The translations under genes were made by a program, and so were the position numbers. This document shows positions 12,421 to 25,699 of a stretch of 64,000 bases of DNA, in pieces; position 1 is the stretch's first letter, and each line of letters opens with the position of its first letter. Origin of the DNA: Lama guanicoe (taxonomy: Eukaryota). The stretch lies in the NCBI GenBank assembly GCA_013239625.1, contig MU054187.1, forward strand, positions 5,405,757 to 5,469,756, written 5' to 3'. A model generated the notes under the pieces. It was not told the origin of the DNA. It did no database searches and was given only the letters and a program-made list of their open reading frames with translations.

Positions 12421-13637
12421 AGTTCATTTCTTTTCCCTTTCTACAGGATCTAGTGTGTCTAAAAATTAGAAAAATAATCCCAAACATCTATCCAAAGATA
12501 AAGGATTTAGAGTATTCATGTTACTTCCGTATCTGAATTTGAGCAAGAGTAATATGAGTATGTAAGTTTCCTATTTTAAATAGATAAGGACAGGAAAAAA
12601 AGTCTCTTTAATAGGGTGTTAAAAATTTTTGTATCAGTAGGAAGACAGTTCTTTTCAAACATCATCATTTTATGATTTCTGAGGACACCTGGAAATGTAT
12701 AAACCCTTATCTGTTGCTTTTTTTTTTCACCCAAATCCAGTGGTTAAACTGATGGCTCCATGGGTCCAGATGTTAAGGGATATGATGTGGAGAAAGTTGA
12801 AATGAAAAGCAAAAACAAAGAAGAGGGAGTTGGGAGGCAGCCAAGGCTGCATTATTCCATTTCTACAGCTCCAGTACCACTCATGCCATACCCTACGAAG
12901 GTACGTCTGACTCCTACAAAACACCCACTATTCAGCAAGATTAATACTCAAAATGTGGATGTTACATTAGACCTTTATAATTTATTCTAAAAGTAATTAC
13001 AGCATGAGAAAATAAATGTAAGCCATCACTCTGCTATGGGAAAAACACATGGATTTTTGTGCACAGCAGTCAAGTGAAATGTTGGCCTGATAGCATTCCT
13101 GGTGTCAGAGACATCTAAGCTCTCTGAAAGCTGGGGCATGCCTCATTATACAATAGGAACAATTGTACCCTCTTCCCTAAGTTGGAATCAAAGAAGAAGA
13201 TAAAGAGAAAAATAATACACAATTTGTGTTACTGACATTCTCCCTGACTTACTGGTGGAAGAATTACATAATCAGAAAATGACCAGAAAGAGATCATAGG
13301 CAGGAGTAAGTCCCAGTATCTCATCATGAAAGATGAGTTACTATTTATATATAAAGTGAAAGGTTCCTGCAAGTTTCATGGGACCAACACTTACTGGCGC
13401 CTGGCTAGGGCAAAATTAATGGCAGGTAGAAACCATTTTAGAGCCATATTAGCATTCATTCTGATACGGTGCCACTGTCTTTTGGTTGAGAAATTTTGAG
13501 GAGCAGCTTTCCATCATAAACTTTACATAGATTTCATAGTAAGCTGTTTTTCCCTAAAGTCTTTTTTTGGTAAGTTTTCCCTTTAGAAAAGCACAGGGAC
13601 TTAAGCTGTTGTAGGGCCACGCAGATTGGTGTACGTG

Positions 13638-14158
13638 TGGTGTTTGTCTGAATGAAAGATGTTTCCTGCCACATTAGTAAACCAAGAATGTTGCAGCCAT
13701 CAAGCCACTACAGCTGCCTTGACAGTGAGCCCTAAGGAAACTCAGGATGGAGACAAACTGGGTTCCCCGATGCCCAGCCCTCAGCCACTGCAGCCACCCC
13801 CAGCAGTGCACCCAGAGGACCCGGGGTGGGAGACAACAGGACACTGGCCCTAGGGAGCTAAGGAATGACTGCAGTGAGCCCAGACTCTCGCATCTTCCCA
13901 TATATAGAAATGCACTAAATTCATTGACTTGAGATATCTGGTTTTCTTTAATTAACAGTAATCGTTTGATGTTCCGACTGCCTGGTCTTTGTTGTAAAAA
14001 CTCCTCTATATCCTGGCTCCTCCCTTACCTCTTCTGAGCAGTCCCTCAGAGCTATTCTGAGAGGCTGCATCCCAGGCTTGAAGTCCTCAGAAAGTCCCAC
14101 GAATAAAACATAATTCTCAACTTCTAAGTGGTGCCTTTTTTTTTTTTTTAAGTCAACA
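13638..14158 (+). mobile_element. Solo ERV1-type LTR (MER41-like) with 4-bp TSD
   Basis: Starts TG and ends AGTCAACA; CGTG on both sides (13634-37 and 14159-62); AATAAA at 14102-07; TATA-like CTATAT near 14006. Confidence 0.8.
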
Positions 14159-15479
14159 CGTGTTATTGGGAGGAATTCTTAGCGGAGCTGATCCACATGC
14201 CGTATGCTACTGCTGAACAGAGTTTGCTCCGGTATAACTCAAGAATCACATTTGAGAAATCTCGGGTTATTAAATACCTGAGCCACAAAAGCAACTTTAA
14301 AGAAAAAAACAGATTTGGGCTACAGAGTAGCAGATTTAAAATAACAAAGTGATTTTTTCCTCCAGGAATGTTTGATAACCATGGTTTTAAAAAAGTTTTA
14401 AGTGCATAACTATAAAACCTAAATGTTACTGAGATAATACACCATTTGATTTGTAATTCCAAGTGTTGGTTAAATTTCGATCCATCACCACCAATGCAAG
14501 GTTAGCCCCGTGATTCTTAAATAAATTCATTATATGTTTACCAGCCATTTTCATAATGGAGCATAAAATTGAAATAAAATAGCAAGAAGGCACTAAATCA
14601 AAATAAATTGTAGGACACTTCACAACAAAGTGAGGTAAGCGAAAGATAACACCAGCCCAGATCGGGCACCTCAGATGAAACACTGATACAAAGGAAGCAG
14701 CAAGCCAGCCTTGTTATCCAATCAAGTTCCTGCCCCAAAGCACTTTATATGTTGCACATAGGTTTCATCAACACATGCTCAATTCACACTCACACAAACA
14801 CCCAAGTCACACTTTAAAATGTTATTTTGTGGAAGAAATACTGTTACCAGCCAGCCTCCACTGACATCATGTATATGAGATGTTGGACTCAAAAACTGAA
14901 GTCTAGGTATGCTGGAGTACTTCCTATGATTTCCTTGCAAAAGTTCTTTTTCTTTTAAAAGTTCTAATTTGTTAACCTGTGGGTAAAGAGCCTTGGCCCT
15001 GAGGCTTTATTACTTTGATTCCAAAGTTTTAAAGAAAACTACAGCAAATGTAAAGTTAAATGACATTTTGAAATCTAGAACTCTCTTTTGCCAGTGAATT
15101 AACAGTGATGTAACACTCCATGATTATCATTATGATTGTGAGTCTCTGAAAAAGCTTGATGAGTATTTTGAATCAACCAAGGAAAAAAACCCTGAATTTT
15201 ATCAATTTTAATGTTTTGAGAATCGATATTCTATTCCATGTAACATTTTAGTTTGGTAACTCTTCAAGAGTATACTGCACTAAGTGTAAAGAGAAAATTT
15301 ACTCTAGTTTCCTGTCATTTCTTCCCTTCAACATACATGGAGAACAGTCACAGGCACCAGGCATAGCTTAGCCGCTAAAACAAGGACGTGAAAACCGGGT
15401 CACTATTGGTAGTTCTGATTTTTAATTTTTTTGATTTTTTGCTTCTACCTATATGTTTCTTTGGGTTTCTTTTTTATTC

Positions 15480-16330
15480 TGTTCATATATTTCACTGACC
15501 CCCATCTCTCTATCTCTGGCAACCATCAATCTGTTCTGTGTGTCTATGAGCTTGTTTTTTGTTGTTGTTATTTGTTAGTTTGTTTTTAGATTCTAAAATA
15601 AGAGAGATCATATGATATTTACATATTTATCTTTCTCTATCTGGCATATTTTCACTTAGCATAATGCCATCAATTCTATCCATGTTTTTGCAAATGGCAA
15701 GATTTCATTTTTTTTCCCCTATAGTTGAAAACTATTCCACTGTATATATACTGCATTTTCCTTTTTTTTTTATTTTGAAATTTTTAATTAAATGATAGTC
15801 AGTTTACAATGCTGTGCCAGTTTCTGGTGCACAGCATAATAGTTCAGTCATATGTGTATATACATATATTCATTTTTATATTCTTTTTTATTACAGGTTA
15901 CTGCAAGGTATTGAATATAGTTCCCTGTGCTGTACAGTGTAAACTTGCTGTTTATCTGTTTTATATATAGTAGTTAGTATCTGCAAATCTCAAACTCTCA
16001 ACTTATCCCTTCCTACCCCCTTCACCCTGTAACCAAAGCTGTCACTATATGCAGATGACATGATACTATATAGAGAAAACCCAAACTGATAAAAGAATTT
16101 GGCAAGTATACCACATTATCTTTATCCAATCATCTTCGGTGGACACTTCATTTGTTTCTATATCTTGGCTATTGTAAATAATGTTCCAATGAAAATGGGT
16201 GCATATATCTTTTTGAGTTAGTGTTTTCTTTTCCTTTGAATAAACATTCAGAAGTGGGACTGCTGGAGCATGTGGTCGTCCTATTTTTAACTTATTGAGG
16301 AAGCTGCATACAGTTTTCTGTAGCCATTTC
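15480..16330 (-). mobile_element. L1 3' end (host element), interrupted at about 15763-16106
   Basis: CTCTGGCAACCATCAATCTGTTC, TTCACTTAGCATAATGCC, GCAAATGGCAAGATTTCATT, GGCTATTGTAAATAATG. Confidence 0.85.
15763..16106 (-). mobile_element. Younger L1 3' end plus inverted ORF2 fragment, nested insertion
   Basis: Poly-T, then the reverse L1 3' UTR (GAATATAGTTCCCTGTGCTGTACAGT); 16036-16083 on + encodes KLSLYADDMILYRENP; degenerate TSD. Confidence 0.8.
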
Positions 16331-17944
16331 CATTGGCAATCACTCTAAATAGTCATTCACAAGAGTAAAGAATGGACAGGCTGAGATGCTGTATTCTAGT
16401 GATGTCGTATCTCCTGGACATAAAACACAAATTGGTTTAAAGAATATTGTGAAAATGAATCATTCGTGTATCTGAGTAACTCTGGCACTCTTGGTTTTGC
16501 TTCAGAATTTTTCAACTCCAGAAGCAAATTTTGTTCTCAAAACTCATATAATACAAGAAGGTTTCAAATCAGTATATTACAGAGCAGGATTAGTCATGTG
16601 GACAACACATGCTAGCAGCTACACGTATTGGAGATTTAGAAACAGTAATTTTAGATCACTTGGAAATATTCAAAATATAAAACCATAATGCATCTTGTAA
16701 TTAAAGTGTATTTGCTGAATTAATAAGGAAACTTGGCCATAGACAAATTATTTTTTAAATTGGCATAAGAATCAAGATTCAGTGAGTAATTTTTTAAATT
16801 AGAATTCTTTTAACTATTTTTCTTAGTTCTATTTTTATTAATACAAATTATTGTGGCAAAACAGTGTTGATTTTTATGTAATAGTTTGCATAGACTGCGA
16901 CATGCCTCATTTCTCTGTAAGATTCTGTATCTTAAAAAAATGTTTACAAGGCCTATATAATGGTAAAAAGCAACCATGGGTTTCCATGCACCATCACACT
17001 GTATTTTCCTGAGAATTCTGTGCGAATTGGTACTGTTACTAGCAACTGCAGTTTAAAGGTTAGATGTCTGTGACTCAGAATTTAAGTCAACTGTCGGTTT
17101 TATCTAAGCAAGCAAGTGGTAGAGCTGGGATTTAAACCCATGCCCTGAATTTGTAGGTACAACACCTACCAATCACAATTCTTACAACCTCTTTATTCTT
17201 CATTTCTTTCACTTAGTTTTAATGACTTTTTTTTAAAATATAGAAAAGTAGAAAAATAATATAAGATCCACCTATTTTATCTACAATGCTGATTTCACAG
17301 ATGACATTTTGTTTCAGATCCTGTTTGGATCTTTTGGTAGTTGATTTGTTGTTTCCTTTTTAGAAGTGAAATATAATAAACAGAGCTAAATCAAGCAGCA
17401 GGAGGACTAGCAGCCTTCTCGCTTTTCTGTCCCCACAGCCACAATCCTCTGCTGGCTCATGTCTCCTGGACCACATCAACAAACTCACATGTGCCCTCCC
17501 ATACTCTGGTCTGTCTTTGACTCAATCCACTCCTTGTACAGATGGTGCAATAATGTTCTCCAAATGCTGCATTCTTCCTGTCATCCACCTTTATAAGAAT
17601 GCACAGAACCTCACTGTTATGTATTTTATCAAAAATATAGCACCATGTCTCTAGGGTCTTTTTATAACCCTTCTCCCAGCTAGATCTCCTTGCCTATGTG
17701 CTCTAGCATCAGCTTCAGCTTATACCTTACAACTTCCCGTGGCTTCATCGGGTTTTGTGGTGGTGATGGTGGTCGTGATTTTGACCAAGCCCTACTCTTA
17801 ACATTTTGCCAAATTTATTAAAAATCTGCTTTTTCCAGTGGTATTTTCCACTGAATTATATTGCTTCTCTTCTGGGTATGGTTTTACTACTCAGGATTTC
17901 ATTTATAAAAGACCTTTCACATTCTTCTGGGGTCTGCTATTTCT

Positions 17945-18873
17945 TGGTTCAAGATGGCAGCCTAAGAACACTCATATGCCTGGCTCTTGCAAAACACCAC
18001 TGAAATGAAAACAGGGGTGTACAAATGTGAATAGACCCATGATAGCAAATAGGAGTGAAGGCTTACAGTGGACTGAAGTTATTAATACAGTTCTGGAAGA
18101 CAAAAAACAGATGTGTGTCTGGTGACAGATGAAACAAAGCAGAAATAACACAAGCCAGAATAAACAAGAGAATCAGTTTAAAAAGTGATATCCAGGGCGA
18201 TTTTACTAGAGGTTCCATGAAAAGCCTCCAGGCAGTCGTCAGGTACGCACGAGGGGCACTAAAAATGGTGTCATCATTTGACAACATCCATGATGTGTTA
18301 GTCGAACCAAGGCCCCATTAATGTAGCACGAAGCATGAGCTTGAAGTTTGCACCAGGAGAGACAGACTGAGACCATCCTCCAAAACAAACGAAATAATCT
18401 GCTTAGAAATAGTTCGGATTCTAGTGTGACCTTATAATAATTGAATGCGTCAGAGGAAAGGCCTTATTCTGATACCTGGTGGCCCTCCTGCTGTCCTGTG
18501 CTAAAGTAAAATAAGTAATCGGCAGAGTTACCCAAGGGCCCAAAGAATCATAGACTTTGTAGCCATAATAGAAGAATAGACTTTTATGAAAAAGGAAAAA
18601 CTCATAGAAGAAGAAAAAGTTCTTAGAAATTAAAAATACGACTGCTAGGAGTTAAAAATGGTACTGCAGTGATCAGAGATGCAACTAAAACTATCTCCCA
18701 GATTTTAAACACAAAATTTCAGACTGAAAATATAAAAGGAATTTGAAGGCTGGGAGGAAAACTTGACTGAAAATGGAATTGAGAAAGTATAAAAGAAGTA
18801 ATATAAATGTCTTTAGAATAAAAGGCTGCTAGACAGCAAAACAGAATCAAAACCAAAATCCATTCTTAGAAGT

Positions 18874-18912
<39 letters not shown>

Positions 18913-19050
18913 TTTCAGATCTCGAGAGAAAGAGAGATTCTAAAAGGTTTCTGTAAGAAAAAAGTACCTAAATAAACATTTTCTAAAACATTTTCTAAAA
19001 AGGGCAACCACGTTCTCCTCAGCCATGCTTGATACACAGGTAACAGAGTA
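17945..19050 (+). mobile_element. Very old L1/HAL1 5' UTR-ORF1 remnant
   Basis: Starts TTCAAGATGGCAGCC; A-rich ORF1-like stretch with GAAATTTCAGA...GAGAAAGAGAGATTCTAAAAG. Confidence 0.4.
18878..18909. repeat. (TG)n microsatellite
   Basis: About 16 TG units. Confidence 0.95.
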
Positions 19051-19370
19051 ATGTTTCCACGGGAAGGGAAGATTATGCTGTGTGGCTCTCACCTGAGCCC
19101 CGAGAATTAGTTGTTTATATCATTTTTGTGGCCGTGTATGTGGTTAATACTCATTGACTTGACTAAAGGATATGACGATGGAAGAGAAATCCCTCCAGCC
19201 AGAGGTAATCCTTCATTTATTCTACCTAACTGCATCATTGTTTTCATTAGTGGGATCTGGTATATCCCTCCATTCTGCTCCCCTGACTGTCATCCATTCC
19301 AACAACTCCTAAAAAATGTAGCAATGCGTCATGGGTATCTTCCTCTTTCAGCACAAAGTGACCAACCTCC

Positions 19371-20265
19371 TTTTTAAAATAGCTTTTTGAAATAGAATTC
19401 ACATACCATGTAATTCATCCATTGAAAGTGTATGATTCAGTGATTTTTAGCACAATCACAAATATGTGCAACCATCACCATAGTCAGTTTTAGAACATTT
19501 GTGTTGCTTCAGAAAGAAACCCGGTATGATTTAGTAATAGCCCCTACTGCCTACTTCTCCTCACCCGAATCCTAAGCCAACACTTACTTACTTTGTCTCT
19601 AAACATTTCCCTATTTTGGACTTTCACATGGATGTTATCATATAATGTGTGGACCTTTGTGACTGCCTTCTTTCACTAAGCACGATGTTTCTGTGGTTGA
19701 TCTTAGCTGTGGCTTTTATGAAGTCTTCATTCCTTTCTATGGCTATAAGCTACATTGTACGGAATGACAGTTTATCCACTCATCTGTTGGTGACCATTTG
19801 GGCTATTTTTACCTTTTGGCTCTTATGGATAATGCAGCTACAAACATTCATGTATAAATATTTGTGTGGACATATGTTTTCATTTCTGCGGTGTGTCTCT
19901 GGGGATGGAATTGCTGGGTCTTGGGGTAACTCTGTTTAATTATTTGAGGCACTGTTAGTCTGTTTTCCAAAGCAATTGCACCATTCTAGACTTCTACCAG
20001 CAGGTCAGAATATGAGGGCTCCTATTTCTCTGCATCCTAGTGAACTCTTGCTTTTTATCTGACTTCTTGATTCTAGCCATCTTTCTGTGTGTCAAACAGT
20101 ATCCACCGTGGCTTTGATTTGTATTTCCCTGATGACTAGTGATGTCAAGCATCCTTCATGTGTTTATTGGTCATTTGTACATCCTCCCTAGAGAAGTGTC
20201 TTTTTTATCTTTTGCCCATTTTAATTGTTTTATCTTACTATTATTGAGTTGTAAGAGTTTATATA
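19371..20265 (-). mobile_element. L1MB-like 3' region
   Basis: AATTCACATACCAT...TGTGCAACCATCACCA...GGAATTGCTGGGTC...TTTCCCTGATGACTAGTGATGT. Confidence 0.85.
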
Positions 20266-21229
20266 TTGTGACCTGATGTCTTTGGATGGTCATTATCCAG
20301 CCTACTGTAGAGTCCAACGCTGAGGCCTTTTGTGCAAAGCCATTATCCTACACCCTTTATTTTCAGTTAACTGTGTGTGTATGACTGCAGAATCTCTAAT
20401 GTTATCTCAGATGATTTCATAAAAAGTTCTGTAGACCTTTGACATTCATGAAGGACACATCTTGAGACCTTCTTGAATCCATAAGTTTCTAGACACGGAA
20501 ATGTTCAGTTCTCTTGACTCTTTCCCAAACACATTTCTTCACGGAGTCTGGCATTTGTTGGACATTATCATCAGCCCAGAAGTTAATTACCTACCAATAA
20601 ATTGTTGTTTATCACTCAGTGAGAAAATGTATGCTGGTTGGACAATCACTGACATTTTTATTAATTGCCTTAAACACTTATGTAGAATATATGTGGTGGA
20701 CTCAGTCATGTCATATATCCGATGAATTTCAAGGATGAAATCTCAAAATCTGTTCTTGTAGCTGTCATCATGACATTCTTAGCCCTTTTAGTGCTACTTT
20801 ACCTTCAACAAAACACTGTCAGATGACTTCATTTTTGTGGTCACTTCTACTGACACATACTCATGTGTGTACATACTCACGTGTGTACCTACACATGCAC
20901 TATAGCAAAAGTTACTTCGTAAATGCACATTGAGGATGGAAGAATAAAAAAGCTACACGGATACATGAGTGTTGGCTGAGCAGGTTTACGTGCTTACTCT
21001 TACCCGTTAAGTGATCTGCATCCATACAGCAGTATTAGAACCCATGCAGTTCAAAATTTTCCGTTTGCAAAATTACTAATCACTTCATGTCATGGGCCTT
21101 TGAATTTGCTCTAAAATAGTCAAAATTATGATGTTAAACCTATTCACCCCAAGGAGCTCCCGAAACAGTGAGCAACAGCGTTGCCTTACTTTCTGTCGTT
21201 CAGAGACACTTAGTAAGTGGAGCTTTCTC

Positions 21230-21620
21230 CGAGGAGAGTGACTCAGATGGGGAAGTCTTCAAGAGAAATAGCTGAAGGATCTGGGCTAAGATGGTGCAAA
21301 GAGATTTGATAACTGTCTTCAAATAACAAAAGTAGATCCGTATGGAAAAAGGATTATAGTGTGTTAGTTTAACCTCAGAGGGTAGAGCTGAGACAAATGA
21401 AGACAATTTTTAGAGAAATTCATTCAGAGAAGCACTTTGCAACAACTAGAACTGAGCCTTGCTGAAATGGGATCCCATAATAGGTGGTGAATTCTATAAA
21501 CCTGAACACGTTCAAGTCGAGGTTGGTCAGTCCCGTCATCTGATAAAGGTGATGGTGCTGATGATGTGTTAGAATAGACAGCCTTCTGGGTGTCCTCATA
21601 TCACAGATTCTGTTCTGAGT
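21230..21620 (+). mobile_element. CR1/L3-like fragment
   Basis: GCTGAAGGATCTGGGC...GAGATTTGATAACTGTCTTCAAATA is characteristic of L3. Confidence 0.55.
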
Positions 21621-24286
21621 TCATACATGCTATAAAACATTTAGGGCTTAATTTAATAATTACCAGAGGGCTGAGTGTTATTCTTTTGTAATGACATTAA
21701 AATATTACTGCAGCAAGAAATATTAGAATTTGTAATCTAATCTTCTGGCCCTTTCTGACTTTAGGATGTTATTGGCAGGGGAGTGTGGGGCAGTGTTCTG
21801 CCATTTGTCATTCTAGGGAAGCAAAATGCAGCTATAATTGCCTTTAAGAGTTTCTGCAAAGTATAATTTTCTCATGATGTTCATCGTATAATTAAATTGA
21901 TTTTTTACAAAACATAGTGTATGTTAGCGATATCAACAAATGGAGTAGTGTTCTAGACCGACACTTAGTTTTGCATACAAATACGTACTTCAGGCTCCCA
22001 AACTCTCTTAAAATATGATAATTCCCTAAAAATCATCATAAAAGTGTTAAATCTTTGATTCAAAATATGCTTTTATATGTGATAATCACTTACTTTATTT
22101 TATATTATTGTATTTCATTTGCCTTTTACTAAATATACAGGTTGCTGCATTCCTAACAAATTTTAAAGGGCTGGGGTTTTTTGGTCTTAGAGTTTTAGTA
22201 TATATACAGTGATTAATTTAAAAATGATAATCTCTAAAAAGTTCTTTCTTAGAATGCTATGGTGATACCCTTAGAAACAGACTACAGATAGCATTTTGTT
22301 ACTTTTAAGTACGTGGATACCATATTTTCAGAAAACCAAGTCCCTCTTATTGATTTATAAACAAATTCTGTGTGACAGATTGTAGAGAATAAGAGAGGAA
22401 AAGACGAATATATTTTTATATTGAGATTTTTGGTACAACAGTCAGTTAAGGGTAGAAACTTAGACAAGTCACAGCATATCTCTAACCTTCAATTTCCTAA
22501 ACTATGATTTGAGTATGACTGTGTTCACCATATAAGGTGGTTGTAATTATCATAGATTTTAAATGATAAACATAGAACATAAGAGTAAGAGTAATATATA
22601 AAATAAGAAGATAAAAATAGGAAGACGACTCAGAGTGCTAGACAAACTTGCAGGAGACTGATCAGTAGTTGCTATTATTTTGGTAGCTGTTATTATTACT
22701 AATATTATTACTTTTCAAAGAATCTTTGCAATAGGAGTTGCTTGCCTCCATAAACTGCCCTATCTCCACCCACTACACCGCAGCAAGTTGTTTCAGATAT
22801 CAGAGAAAAATTCATATTGTTTATCCCATTTTCCTTATCTTACAAATAGAATTGTCTGAAAAAGAGTTTTGATAAAACCCCAAACCATAGCCTCGCTACT
22901 CAGGACCAGCTCTTGAAGGTTAATGCCAATACGAAAAGGAGTAAAATGTCTCCAAGTCTTTCTTTCTTTTAGAAACCTAGTCACTCTCCCATCCCAAATC
23001 TTGGGTCCCAACTAAAAATAAGTTCAAATCTTTGTGTAGGTGTGTACCTGTGTGGGCCTGAACCATCAAATCTTTAATATACAAAAATAATACTACATTA
23101 CTTTGCAATACTCTATTTTTGCTAATCAATTAACTAACATATAAAATCGCTAAGTTTTATGTATAATATGTAATATTATATCATCCTTATTCTTAACAGT
23201 CTCACAGCCATGATGAAGAAAAATGCAAACTAAAAATTACATTTAGTTTACTGCCAAAAGAAAAAAAAATAACATAACTATATATATTAGTTATTAGTTT
23301 TTGTATGAATTTATTATTCAGTATGGTCTGGACACTATTTTCATGGTCCAGTGGACATTCTTCATCCTTCATCTCACCACTGGAATCAGTGGTTGTTCTC
23401 CAGTGTCACACTCTCTGCCCCTATCTCAAGTACCTTCTCTTTGGTTGATTTCCTTTGCCCCTATTATCAAGTATTCAGTAATCTATGAAATACTTATCTC
23501 TGGACAAGACTTAACTGAAAGCCAGCTTGGAATATCTGTTTCTCTGTTAGGCAGCTCTATTTGGATTTTCATGTGTAACCAAATCTCAGTAAATTTAAAA
23601 TTTCTAGCTCTGCCGTGCTCCTAACTCTGCTATTCCAGATTTCATCATTATCTTAGACCCAAGCTAAAAAATCCATAATTCATAATTCCACAACTCCAAG
23701 TGTGGTGCATCTCCTTATTCCCTTCAGAGCAAGCTATTGACAACGAGGAACATAATTTTTAGATTTCTATTGTCTTGAACTCTTCATTAAATTCAAGAAC
23801 ATGTTAATTCTACCACAGGAAAAAAAGTGAGATGATCAATTGAAAATTTAGGGGGCCTGTCAGAGAAAATGAAAGAACTGAATAAATTAATAACACTATA
23901 GTATCATTTATATGGCATTAGAAAAAGTAAAAAGTAGAATTGACACTGTCTTTATCAAATTGATAATGTAACATGCATACTTTTGAAGGTTTCTCTGAAT
24001 GTAGAGAAAGTTAAAAATTCTCAGAGCAGAAAAATTATTGAAAGGTAAAATAGAAGAAAAACTTTCCTGAACTAATGAGATACATCAAAGGAGCTATTAT
24101 GTGCCAGCCATATTAATTAAAAGAACAAAAACACCACATCTATATTTTTAAATCATTTCTAAGATAAAATATACTTCTCCTAATGTTCAAATAGGAAAAC
24201 AATCAGGAAGAATTTAAAGAAAAATAATGGCGGCTCTATTTTTATTTTGTACAACATGTAAAGGTATAAAATGGGATGCCAACTAG

Positions 24287-24545
24287 TAATAACATTTACT
24301 GTGAAAATAGCGAATATGTGTCTAATACTTTCTAGAACTATGTTTGTGTATTTTTAGGCATTATTTTATTTAATCTTCAAAATAACTAGAAGACATAGAT
24401 ATTATCATTAGTCACATTCTACAGATGAGTAAACTGAGGCTTAGAGAGGTTAAGAAATGTGTTTATTGTCCCAGAACTAGTAAGAAAAAAGAAAGAACTT
24501 GAATGGTCTGTTTGATGCCAGACTGTAATGCCGGCCACCATACAG
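24287..24545 (-). mobile_element. MIR SINE
   Basis: TTTAATCTTCAAAATAAC...TACAGATGAGTAAACTGAGGCTTAGAGAGGTTAAG. Confidence 0.85.
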
Positions 24546-24899
24546 TAGTTTTCAATATGTGAATTACAAACCATCTACATCAGCGTTATATAAACTCCTA
24601 CTAGGAATCTGCATTTTAAAGAAATAACCCTAGTGATCCTTAAAGTTTTATATTTTATGCTATACTTGCAATTTTCAGGGATAGAAAGAATAACTCAAAT
24701 ACTGCCATCCATGAATAAAGGCGCAGTGAAAAACATTAAATAAAACCTCTATTTAAAGACTCAGAAAGTGGACAACCCAAAGTACTTTTCATGAAAAATG
24801 TACTTGATGACATATTTTAATCACCAGAAAAGTGAACCAAATAAAGATCTCAAGACTGAGGAAGCAGGAGCATGAAAGATTGGTGGTCATGGTAGTAGC

Positions 24900-25025
24900 T
24901 TGCTTTTTGCGGGTGAGTTATATAACCTCTCTGTCTTTAGTCTTCCCATCTGCAAAATGGGAATAATCAGAGACCCTCTTGCCATAGAGTTGCCGTGAGG
25001 TTTAAATAAGATCATTCACAATATG
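24900..25025 (+). mobile_element. MIR SINE core
   Basis: AACCTCTCTGTCTTTAGTCTTCCCATCTGCAAAATGGGAATAAT. Confidence 0.75.
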
Positions 25026-25699
25026 CCGACCAAGATAATGGACGCTCTAATAATGAAAGATTTTTTTTTTAGACTTACTTTTCAAAATGTGAGAGAAAGT
25101 ATTGCAAAAGAATCCAGATTTCAAGGTGATGTGGACCTTGAGAGAACAGTCATCTGTGCAAAGATAGTTTACCACGATGAAGCAGAAGCTACATCAGGCC
25201 TGGCATTTAGAGAGGAATGTTGCTATTGAGTTGAGGAACTGTTACTCAGATTTCGCTCAACAAATATGTGTCTTGGGGAAAATGTAAGGCTGAATGTTAA
25301 CCTGAGTAGTGGTCTCACTGTTTCCCCAATAAGACACCTTCATGGGAGAACCCTGCTAAAAGATTTTTCCCTTGTAAGATCACGGAAGGTCATCTCGCAG
25401 CCGTGGTACCCTGAGGATTGATTGTCTCTGGCTTGGAGGCCAGTCACACCCAGCAGCAGTAGCAGCTGTTGGAAAAGCTAACAGGAGCCCAGAGTCTGTC
25501 GTCAAAGAGCAGCCAGTATAGATGGAGAGTGGATTACTGATCCCCGACTACATGTCAGACACTGCCTGGGGACTTCCGTAGTAGAGGTCAAGGTCCTGTT
25601 GGTGTACAGGTAGGGGTTAATGAGCTAGCAAATCAAGGTATTAATATTAATGAAACATCCTTAGTACCCACAGGCTGCTGAAGTCTGGGGTCACTTGGG

